64,000 bases of DNA from Dehalococcoidia bacterium (GTDB lineage Bacteria; Chloroflexota; Dehalococcoidia; Bin125): the NCBI GenBank assembly GCA_963663895.2, contig CAXXRD010000001.1, forward strand, positions 800,001 to 864,000. The letters run 5' to 3'. Positions 53,969 through 64,000 of this stretch are shown piece by piece; the first letter of the stretch is position 1, and the number at the start of each line of letters is the position of its first letter. Below the pieces are notes generated by a model, which was not told the DNA's origin, did not search any database, and was given only the letters and a program-made list of their open reading frames with translations. A program made the translations under genes and the position numbers.

Positions 53969-54538
53969 CTATGCCCCTCCCTCCCGGATCGCGCCGAGCT
54001 TCACCGTGCGCTCGATGGACCAGACATCGTGGCGCTGCTCGAGTAACGCGATCTGCTGGACGACGACGAAGTACTGGCGGCCCGCCAGTTCGCCCACGGC
54101 GGCGGCGCAATCGGACTCCGAATCAAAGCGGCCGACGGTGATGGCCGGAGTCAGCCCATCGCCGTCGAGAAGCGAAGGCTCCGGAGGATCGAGGGGAAGC
54201 ACTCCGGCGATCGCGCCGGCGAGACCGCGTGCGTCGTCCGCGCCACGGCCCGCGTATAGCTGCAGCAGGTGACGGTCGCCATCGAAGTACCGGCCCGGCG
54301 CACTGAGCGTCAGCACAAAGGGCTGGTAGGCGCCGACCAGCAGCCGCATGGCGTCAACCAGATCGCCCGCGCTGCCGGCGATGGGGCGCGGACCGATCAA
54401 GGGGACATGCGGCGGCACGGCGTCGACCTCGCCCCGGTCGTACAACGCGCGCACCAGGTTGACCTGATCGCGCACGAGATCATCAAGCACGATCGCGATC
54501 ATCCGGTTCGGGCTGTCCGAGGGTGTGGTGCTCATCAT
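53969..54538 (-). CDS. 2H phosphoesterase (2'-5' RNA ligase-like) fold protein, motifs degenerate
   Basis: VPPHVPL and TPAITVGR at the positions of the two HxT/S motifs. Confidence 0.6.
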   Translation of the reverse strand: MMSTTPSDSPNRMIAIVLDDLVRDQVNLVRALYDRGEVDAVPPHVPLIGPRPIAGSAGDLVDAMRLLVGAYQPFVLTLSAPGRYFDGDRHLLQLYAGRGADDARGLAGAIAGVLPLDPPEPSLLDGDGLTPAITVGRFDSESDCAAAVGELAGRQYFVVVQQIALLEQRHDVWSIERTVKLGAIREGGA

Positions 54539-54554
54539 GCTCTGAGCTTAAAGG

Positions 54555-54584
54555 AGACCGCCCCCGCAGATGCAGGGGCGGTCT
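54555..54584 (-). terminator. Hairpin downstream of hsp20
   Basis: agaccgcccc...ggggcggtct 10-bp stem followed on the minus strand by cctttaa. Confidence 0.6.
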
Positions 54585-54608
54585 GAAGGGACAAGGCAGA
54601 AGCAGGCG

Positions 54609-55112
54609 TTAGCCGGCCTTCACCGTGATCTGCTTGGGCTGCACCTCCGGCAGCAACTGGATGGTGAGGGTCAGCACGCCATCTTTGAGCGTGGCCTCGA
54701 CGGAGTCCGCGTCGTACTCCTCGCCGATGAGAATGCTGCGCGAGGCGCCGCCACTGTAGCGCTCGCGAACCACGTAGGTACGATCGGCGCCGGCACGCGC
54801 GCCTTGGTCACCAGAGGCATGGCTGGTGGTCTCTCCCGTGTGCTCGCTCGTGTGCCCGGCGCGGATGGCGAGGACACCTTTCTCAAGGCTGACGTTGATC
54901 TCGTCCGGGCTAAAGCCGGGGAGAGGCGTTTCGACCGTGAGGGCCCCCTCCGTCTTGTAGGCGTCGAGAGGGGGAGCGATCTCACCGTTGTGGGAGCGCC
55001 AGCCCAAGCTCCGGTCTTTGCCGCGCGCCGGGAAGAAGAAGGGGTCCTCGTTCATGCGCCGCATCATGGCCCGTACCTCGCGGAAGGGATCGAAAACGGT
55101 GATCTGGGTCAT
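54609..55112 (-). CDS. Hsp20/alpha-crystallin small heat shock protein
   Basis: FDPFRE, LPGFSPDEINV, RERYSG, EATLKDGVLTL. Confidence 0.93.
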   Translation of the reverse strand: MTQITVFDPFREVRAMMRRMNEDPFFFPARGKDRSLGWRSHNGEIAPPLDAYKTEGALTVETPLPGFSPDEINVSLEKGVLAIRAGHTSEHTGETTSHASGDQGARAGADRTYVVRERYSGGASRSILIGEEYDADSVEATLKDGVLTLTIQLLPEVQPKQITVKAG

Positions 55113-55200
55113 CGGTATCAACTCTCCTCTCTCGTTCTGCTTTCCTGCTGGGTCATCAAGTACCGTTATTTTGGCAAGTCACTCCAAATAAGTCAAATAA

Positions 55201-55221
55201 CTTGAGTGTCTTTTACTCAAC
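55201..55221. promoter_or_regulatory. HAIR element (HspR operator)
   Basis: CTTGAGT-gtctttt-ACTCAAC versus consensus CTTGAGT-N7-ACTCAAG, in an AT-rich divergent promoter region; hspR is 1.1 kb away. Confidence 0.85.
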
Positions 55222-55315
55222 TAATCATACTCTTAAATATGAGACTACTGTACTCTGTGATGTGTAGCTGAGATAGACCTTCCGATGACACTGGCAATCT
55301 GGAGAGGGGGCGCGT

Positions 55316-56338
55316 ATGGCCGGGGACTACTACGCCGTTCTGGGCGTAGGGCGCGACGCTTCCTCTAAGGAGATCCAGTCGGCCTACCGGCGGCTGGCGC
55401 GGAAGTTTCACCCCGATGTGACGGGCGGGGACAAGAAGGCGGAGGAGCGCTTCAAGGCGATCAACGAAGCGCACGAGGTGCTCTCGGATAAAGAAAAACG
55501 GGCAGCGTACGACCGCTGGGATGATCAGTGGATGCATGCGGAGCAACTGGAGAAGGCACAGCAAGCGAGCGCCCGCTTCGGCGGCCCGGGCGCCGGGGGA
55601 GGCGGTTGGCGCTTCGAGTTCGGTGGAGATCCCTCGCAGTTCGAGGTGGGCGACTTGGGCCGAGGCGGCTTCGGGCAGATGTTCGAACGGCTATTTCGAA
55701 GCGGGTCGGGCAATCGGGCAGCGCGCACCCCACCCCCTCCGACGCACGAGGTCACGGTATCGCTCACGGAAGCGTACCAAGGCGCGTCGCGCACCGTGCA
55801 GTTACAGACCCAGGAGGCCTGCGCCACGTGCGGGGGCTCGGGGAGTATCGGCACGGCCGTGTGCCACGCCTGCCAAGGCAGGGGGCACGCCGCCGCCGGC
55901 AAGCGGCTGGAGGTGAAGATCCCGGCCGGAGTGGAGACCGGGAGCAAGATCCGGCTGCGCGGCAAGGACCCAACACCGTCGAGCGACATCGTCCTGGTGG
56001 TGCATGTGGAGAAGGATCCGCGGTTCGAGCGGCGCGGCGCGGCGCTGCACAGCGAGGTGTTGGTGCCGCTGACGACGGTGGTGCTGGGCGGCGAGGTCGC
56101 GGTGCCGACGGTTGATTCGTCGGTGATGTTGCGCGTTCCGTCGGGCACGCAGAACGGTCGCGTGTTCCGGCTGGCGGGGAAGGGGATGCCGATCTTGAAC
56201 AAGAAAGGGCGCGGCGACCTCTTCGCCAAAGTGCGGGTCGTCCTGCCCGAGCATCTGACGCCACGGATGCGAGAGCTGTTCGAAGAGCTGCACCGTCTCA
56301 CGAACGGCGCCGAGCCAGGCGAGCGGCGCTCGGCTTAG
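55316..56338 (+). CDS. dnaJ: DnaJ-class co-chaperone
   Basis: J-domain with HPD, G/F region, two CxxCxGxG motifs, C-terminal domain (GKGMP, GDL). Confidence 0.9.
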   Translation: MAGDYYAVLGVGRDASSKEIQSAYRRLARKFHPDVTGGDKKAEERFKAINEAHEVLSDKEKRAAYDRWDDQWMHAEQLEKAQQASARFGGPGAGGGGWRFEFGGDPSQFEVGDLGRGGFGQMFERLFRSGSGNRAARTPPPPTHEVTVSLTEAYQGASRTVQLQTQEACATCGGSGSIGTAVCHACQGRGHAAAGKRLEVKIPAGVETGSKIRLRGKDPTPSSDIVLVVHVEKDPRFERRGAALHSEVLVPLTTVVLGGEVAVPTVDSSVMLRVPSGTQNGRVFRLAGKGMPILNKKGRGDLFAKVRVVLPEHLTPRMRELFEELHRLTNGAEPGERRSA

Positions 56339-56361
56339 GGGAAGACGAGGAAGATTCGCGA

Positions 56362-56718
56362 ATGACGGCACCATCGACTGAACCGGTCTACGTGATCAGC
56401 GTCGTGGCGCGGATGATCGGCGTGCATGCCCAGACGCTGCGGATATACGAACGCGAGGGGTTGGTGCAGCCGGCGCGGTCGCGGGGCGGGCTGCGGATGT
56501 ACTCGGAGGCCGACATTGAGCGGCTGCGATTGATTCGCCGGCTCATGGACGAACTCGGCGTCAACATCGCCGGGGTGGACGTGATTCTGAACTTGATGGA
56601 GCGCGTGGGGGCATTGGAGCAGCAGATCGAAAAGCTCCAGGACGAGCTCCAGCGCGCGCGCGACCGGCATCTGCCGGCGCCGCAGCCGTTCCGGCCGCAA
56701 GCGCGCGAAGAGGCTTAA
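56362..56718 (+). CDS. hspR: Heat shock repressor HspR (MerR family)
   Basis: YVISVVARMIGVHAQTLRIYEREGL, RMYSEAD, GVNIAGV. Confidence 0.9.
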   Translation: MTAPSTEPVYVISVVARMIGVHAQTLRIYEREGLVQPARSRGGLRMYSEADIERLRLIRRLMDELGVNIAGVDVILNLMERVGALEQQIEKLQDELQRARDRHLPAPQPFRPQAREEA

Positions 56719-56736
56719 GCGGGGAGGGCACGAACA

Positions 56737-59217
<2,481 letters not shown>

Positions 59218-59320
59218 CTCCCGGCGCACACGTTCGCGGCCCGGGGCGAGCGCCAGGCATTCTTCCCGAGGTCAATAGGGGAAGCCCAGGGCAGCCGATC
59301 CAATGGGGAAGTAGCGCCCC

Positions 59321-59971
59321 TCAGTCGCGGCGGGGGACGCCCAAGCGGCCGAGCACGCTGGCGAAGGTCTCGAAATCCTGGGCGCCCATCATCATGTAGC
59401 GGTCGCCGAACAGAAACGTGGGCGTGCTGGTGATGCCGTGCTCGCGCATGCGAGCGGTGCTCTCGGTGACCGCCTCGCTATAGGCGCCGCGCTCCAAATG
59501 GGCGCGGAGATCGGCGCCGTCGAGGCCTTGCTCGCCGGCGATGGCGACCACTTGGTCGACGGTGCTGATGTTGCGGGCCTCGCCGAAGTAGGCGGTGAAG
59601 ATGGCGTAGTGGAGCTTGTCGTAGGCATCGGGGCCTTGGTCCCGGGCCCATTCGCTCGCGGCGAGGGCGTTGTGGCTGTTGGCGATGAGGGGGTTGCCCT
59701 GGAAGGGCAGGCCGGCTTGCTGGGCCTCCGCGGCGAGGTACTCGCGCACCTCCGGCTTCATAAGGGGGCGGCGCTCGTCTCGCTCATAGCCTTGGGCGGG
59801 AATTTCAGGGTGGAGCTCGAACGGGACCCATTCGGCTTCGGCCGTGAACTCGCGCACCATGCGGTCGGTGCGAGCCAGACCGATGTAGCACCAGGGTCAG
59901 AGGTAGTCGGAGACGATGGTGATCTTGATGGGGTTGGCAGCGCTGTAGACGATCTCGGGTTGGTCAGGCAT
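59321..59971 (-). CDS. DsbA/FrnE family thiol oxidoreductase with in-frame TGA (probable selenocysteine, UPWC)
   Basis: MPDQPEIVYSAANPIKITIVSDYL-TGA(59897-59899)-PWCYIGLARTDRMVREF...WVPFELHPE...GITSTPTF...GAQ in one frame; GAGGAG RBS. Confidence 0.88.
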
Positions 59972-61154
59972 CGGGCTCTCCTCCGGGCGGTTGGCCGTCC
60001 GTCTCCCTGGCGGCGGGGAGCGCGGGCTCCACGGTGGCGGCGGCCGAGGCGGCGGGCCGCCAGGGTTGCCGTGCTGCCCGAACCCACTCGCTCCAAGCGG
60101 CTCTGGGGTTGCCGGCGATATCGTGCAGCCCCATCTGCGCGACGAGATCATAGGGGCTTTCGCTAGCGTAGGCAGGGTCACGGGGGGCGAGCCAAACGAG
60201 GAGTTCCCATTGCTGGGCCTGCGCTTCGGCCAGCATGCGCCGGAGAAAGCTGGCCTGCCCGGATTCGGTGCCGTAGGTAAGGCCGCCGCGGCCGGAGCCG
60301 GCCGCGTAGCCGACGGGGACGAGGGCGAGGGGCTTTTCAAAGGCGCGCAGCCGGGAGAAGTACTCCGCCGGGATCTCGGTGACGAAGGGGAAGACGAAGG
60401 AAGGGAAAGTGCTGACGGCGAGGAGATCGAGGACGTCGCTCAGGCGCTGGACGAGGGGCCATTGGGGAGGGTGGGGGGCGACCCACTGGAGCAGGCCCTG
60501 CAGGTCTTCGAGCTGGAAGGTGGCGAACACGGCGCTGCCGGGGCGCTGCGCTTTGGCGCGCGCGTAGGCCTGGCGGTAAGCGGCTTCGAAGGGAGCGAAG
60601 CCGCTGGGGTTGGCACGCGCGATCTGGTCCATGTCCACAGCGAGGGCGAGCCAGCGAGGCTGGTAGTGCTCAAGGATGAGATCGACGTAGCGCAGGTAGG
60701 CATCGACGACGGCGGGATCCGCGAAGGAAGCGCCGGGGGCGCCGGCGGTGAGACGGGCGCGGTCGGTGAGATCGAAGGGGTCGATGGCGAAGAGAAGATC
60801 GAGACCGAGTTGGTCGAGGAGGGAGCGCTCGTGGGCGATCGTGGCGCGCGTGTCGTCGGAGAGCTGGACGCCGGCGAGGAGCTCGGGCCAAGGAGGTGCG
60901 CGCTGAATCATGATGACGTCGCCGAAGGCGGCGGCCGTGTGGAAGAGAGCGAGGTGCGACTCGGCGGTGAGGTCGCCGGGGACGGCGCTGAAGCCCATGG
61001 CGAAGGGGCGCGGATCGGCAGGGGGCGAGGCGGTTGTAGTGGGAGTGGAAGCGGGAACGGGGGCGGGATCAGCGGCGCAAGCGGCGATCAGCGGAAGGGC
61101 GGCCAGAAGAAGAGCAACAGGGCGCAGTTGCAGGAACCAGTTGCGCATCATCAT
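59964..61154 (-). CDS. Lipoprotein with glycoside hydrolase-like TIM barrel
   Basis: Lipobox LIAAC; DLLAVSTFP, KPLALVPVGY, ESGQASFL, MGLHD...PRAAW pattern typical of clan GH-A-like barrels. Confidence 0.6.
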   Translation of the reverse strand: MMMRNWFLQLRPVALLLAALPLIAACAADPAPVPASTPTTTASPPADPRPFAMGFSAVPGDLTAESHLALFHTAAAFGDVIMIQRAPPWPELLAGVQLSDDTRATIAHERSLLDQLGLDLLFAIDPFDLTDRARLTAGAPGASFADPAVVDAYLRYVDLILEHYQPRWLALAVDMDQIARANPSGFAPFEAAYRQAYARAKAQRPGSAVFATFQLEDLQGLLQWVAPHPPQWPLVQRLSDVLDLLAVSTFPSFVFPFVTEIPAEYFSRLRAFEKPLALVPVGYAAGSGRGGLTYGTESGQASFLRRMLAEAQAQQWELLVWLAPRDPAYASESPYDLVAQMGLHDIAGNPRAAWSEWVRAARQPWRPAASAAATVEPALPAARETDGQPPGGEPDA

Positions 61155-61300
61155 CGCGGTGCCTGCGTTGGGCTCCGTGGCCGCCGTCCCCCTCCCGCGT
61201 GCACGATTGTACCGGCGGATCGCCGGTCCGCGCGTTTGGACCGGGCGCGGTTCGATATACTCATCAGCGGGGGTCGCAGGGTGGACGACGGAGTGTGGGC

Positions 61301-63505
61301 ATGCTCGAGCGCTGCCGCGCCCGCGCGCTCATCGCGATCGTGGTATCGGTTGCCCTTGCGGGCGCGTGCGCCGACGACGCTCCCGATCTTTCCGAATTCT
61401 TTCCGTCACCCGACGAGGAAGCGGCGGAGCCGGAGCCGCCGAGCGCCGCCGCCCAAGTAGATACGGTCCCGCCAAGCACGGAGGCGCCGGAGCTGGATCT
61501 GTCGGTGGCGCCAGCGACCGCCCTGGCAGCCGTGCAGACCTTCTTCACTCTGGTATCGGAGGAACGCTTTGAGGAAGCGTATCGCCTGTTGACGACCGCG
61601 GTGCGGGAGACAACGACGGTCGAGGACTTCGCGGAGCGGTATCGGGATATCTACGCGGCGGCGGCGATCACGGGGATGACGTACGAGATACCGCCCCCGC
61701 CGGGGCCCAACGTAGCGGGGGTCGAGGTCGTCCTGCGCTACGAGAGCGCATTTTTCGGGCCAATCGAGGAGCGGATCTTCACCCCAACCCGGCGGGAACC
61801 GAACTGGGTCGTGGAATGGAGTGCGGATCTGATCTTTGCAGGGTTGGGCGTGCCGGGATATCTCATCACGCGGCTACCGGAGGTACCGGTGCGGGGCAAC
61901 ATCTACGACCGCAACGGCGTCCCGCTCGCGGCCGAGGGTGAGGTCGCCGTGGTGGGGGTGTCCTTGGATCTGACACCGGACCCGGAGGTCGTGATCGAGT
62001 TGCTGGTCGATCTGCTGGAGCTTGAGGAGCGGGTTGTTCGGGACCTGGTGTACCAAGACGTGCCGGGCTACTACTTCATCCCGATCGCCCGGCTGCCCTA
62101 CGACGCCCATCCGGCCCTGATCGCGGAGCTGGAGCAGCTCGCGGCGCAAGGGATCTTGATCCAGCGGGAGACGCGCCGCGTATATCCGGAGGGAACGCTG
62201 GCGGCGCACGTGGTTGGCTTCATGGCGGAGGTGACGGCGGAAGAGCTGGAGGAAGGGCTCGCGTTGCAGGGGTATCGCCCGGGAGACCGGGTGGGGCGCG
62301 ACGGCGTCGAGGCAGCCTTCGAAGAGGCGCTGGCCGGTAAGCGGGGGGGGCGGTTGACGATCGTGGGGCCGGGAGGGGCGATCGTGCGCGAGATCGCGAC
62401 GGTGGCGTCGGAGCCGTCACGCGATGTGCACTTGACGATCGACGTGCGGATTCAACGGATCGCAGAGTTTTCGCTGAACGATCGGGACGGGGCAGTCGTG
62501 GTGATGGATCCGCGCAACGGCGAGATTCTGGCGCTGGCATCCTATCCGCGTTTCGACCCGAATGCGTTCGTTCGCGGGCTGACGGAGGAGGAATTCGAGC
62601 TCTACTTCGAGGATCCCGGACAGCCGTTCGTGAATCGGCCGACGGAGCGGCTGTATCCGCCGGGATCGACGTTCAAGGTGGTGACGCTGGCAGCGGGGCT
62701 GGAGGCGGGGGGATACGACGAGAGCTCACGGATCGATTGCCCGGCGGTGTGGACGGGATTGGGGCCGGACGTTCCCCTGCTCAACTGGAAAGAGGAAGAC
62801 CAAGGACAGCTGTCGCCGACACAGGCATTAGCGGAGTCCTGCAACCCGGTCTTCTACGAGATCGGAGCGGAGCTGTACAACCGGGGCGAGGATCTTTTGA
62901 GCCAGTTCGCGCACGGGTTCGGGTTCGGGCAGTCGACCGAAGTCGTAGGGCTGCACGATGAGGAGGGGGTCAATCCGGGGCCGGACTGGAAGCGGATCAA
63001 CGAGAACGATTTTTGGTTCGTGGGGGACAACGTCCTGATGAGCATCGGGCAGGGGTTCTTGTTGGCGACACCGCTGCAGATCACGAACGCCTACGCGGCG
63101 TTGGGAACGAACGGGATCGTGAGCAACCCCATTGTGGTGGCGACGCTGCGAACGGCAACGGGCGAGGTGGTGGAGGAGTTCAGGTCGGAGCCGATCGGCG
63201 TCCTCCCGGTGTCGGCAGCGACGCTGGAGTACCTGCAAGCAGCGACGCGGCAGGTGATCGGGACGCGGCGGGGAACGGGGTGGATTCCGTTCAACGGGAG
63301 CGGGGTGCTGGCGGCAGGAAAGTCTGGGACGGCGGAGGATCAGGGGGAGCAGGAGCACGCGCTGTTCGTCGCCTACGCGAATATCCCGGAGCCAAGCGTC
63401 GTAGCGACGGTGGTGCTGGACGACGGCGAATCCGGGGCAGACGACGCAGGACCGATCGTGCGGCGGCTACTGGAGCAGGTGTTGCTGGAAGGGCTGGGAC
63501 CCTAG
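61301..63505 (+). CDS. Class B penicillin-binding protein (PBP2/MrdA-like) with lipobox and NTF2-like N-domain
   Basis: LAGAC lipobox, RGNIYDRNG, RVYP, STFK, SCN, KSGT motifs. Confidence 0.92.
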   Translation: MLERCRARALIAIVVSVALAGACADDAPDLSEFFPSPDEEAAEPEPPSAAAQVDTVPPSTEAPELDLSVAPATALAAVQTFFTLVSEERFEEAYRLLTTAVRETTTVEDFAERYRDIYAAAAITGMTYEIPPPPGPNVAGVEVVLRYESAFFGPIEERIFTPTRREPNWVVEWSADLIFAGLGVPGYLITRLPEVPVRGNIYDRNGVPLAAEGEVAVVGVSLDLTPDPEVVIELLVDLLELEERVVRDLVYQDVPGYYFIPIARLPYDAHPALIAELEQLAAQGILIQRETRRVYPEGTLAAHVVGFMAEVTAEELEEGLALQGYRPGDRVGRDGVEAAFEEALAGKRGGRLTIVGPGGAIVREIATVASEPSRDVHLTIDVRIQRIAEFSLNDRDGAVVVMDPRNGEILALASYPRFDPNAFVRGLTEEEFELYFEDPGQPFVNRPTERLYPPGSTFKVVTLAAGLEAGGYDESSRIDCPAVWTGLGPDVPLLNWKEEDQGQLSPTQALAESCNPVFYEIGAELYNRGEDLLSQFAHGFGFGQSTEVVGLHDEEGVNPGPDWKRINENDFWFVGDNVLMSIGQGFLLATPLQITNAYAALGTNGIVSNPIVVATLRTATGEVVEEFRSEPIGVLPVSAATLEYLQAATRQVIGTRRGTGWIPFNGSGVLAAGKSGTAEDQGEQEHALFVAYANIPEPSVVATVVLDDGESGADDAGPIVRRLLEQVLLEGLGP

Positions 63506-63664
63506 CGGCGGCTGACCCGTGGCGAGCGGGCGTTCGGCCGATCGCCGGCGAGGGACGCGAGACGGCAGAGGCCATGTCGATCGGCCCACAAGAGAGACCC
63601 TGATCGCGGATCGGCACGGATACGCACGGCACGGAGGCAGGCACGGTGCTAGAGTCCGGCGGTT

Positions 63665-64000
63665 ATGCAGCGCGCTCGGTTCCGCCGTTTGGTGCAACGT
63701 GCGATCGCATCCCTGCCGCCGGAGCTGGCGGAGCGGATGGAGAACGTGGACGTGCAGGTGCGCAGCCGGCCCACGGAGGACGAGCTGGCAGGGGCGGAGA
63801 TCGAAGCGGGGGCAACGCTGTTGGGACTCTACATCGGGGTTCCTCTTACGGAGCGGGGGCACGGATACGGACAGGCGCTGCCGGACCGGATCCTGATCTA
63901 CCAGGAAGCGATCGAGGCGGTGGGGTTCAGCGAAACGGAGGTGGTGGCGCAGATCCGGCAAACGGTGTTGCACGAGATCGCACACCATTTCGGGATCGAC
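63665..64000 (+). CDS. Zincin-like metallopeptidase family protein (runs off the window edge)
   Basis: Manual translation MQRARFRRLV...LLGLYIGVPLTER...LPDRILIYQ...TVLHEIAHHFGID; HExxH motif. Confidence 0.88.
   Translation, partial: MQRARFRRLVQRAIASLPPELAERMENVDVQVRSRPTEDELAGAEIEAGATLLGLYIGVPLTERGHGYGQALPDRILIYQEAIEAVGFSETEVVAQIRQTVLHEIAHHFGID

Noticed and set aside
55113-55315. AT-rich patch as foreign DNA or a replication origin
   Set aside because: Explained by divergent heat-shock promoters and the HAIR operator.
59897-60340. ORF-track proteins 59897..60340 and 59321..59860 as separate genes
   Set aside because: They are the two halves of one DsbA frame split at the TGA; the true start is at 59971.

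Overview
GC-rich bacterial chromosomal segment, most consistent with Chloroflexota (possibly Dehalococcoidia-related; this is an inference from gene content and order, not a measured result). No rRNA, tRNA, CRISPR array, transposase or prophage gene was recognised. Contents in order: housekeeping genes (mnmA, rsfS, ndk, tsaBE, gyrA, mreB, murA); an F1Fo ATP synthase operon carrying many single-base frameshifts (probably sequencing errors), with an inserted HAD phosphatase and an a-subunit bearing a ~220-aa insertion; two MFS genes, pyrF, a ComB-family gene and cinA. Next comes a ~24 kb acyl-CoA catabolic region (MBL hydrolase, coaE-CbbQ/NorQ ATPase-metallophosphoesterase-giant VWA module, ETF plus membrane Fe-S oxidoreductase, CoA ligase, three crotonases, two paralogous unknown small proteins, Ntn acylase, four SDR-fold proteins, acyl-CoA dehydrogenase). 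The window ends with HIT-yqeK, ruvB with a LexA-like box, rimI, a cysteine synthase, an HspR/HAIR heat-shock locus (hsp20 / dnaJ-hspR-clpC-like), a probable DsbA/FrnE selenoprotein (in-frame TGA in a UPWC motif), a lipoprotein TIM-barrel hydrolase, a class B PBP and a zincin. The strongest leads are the orphan CbbQ/VWA chaperone module tied to CoA metabolism, the paralogous small-protein pair between two complementary crotonases, the selenoprotein, and the AtpB insertion.
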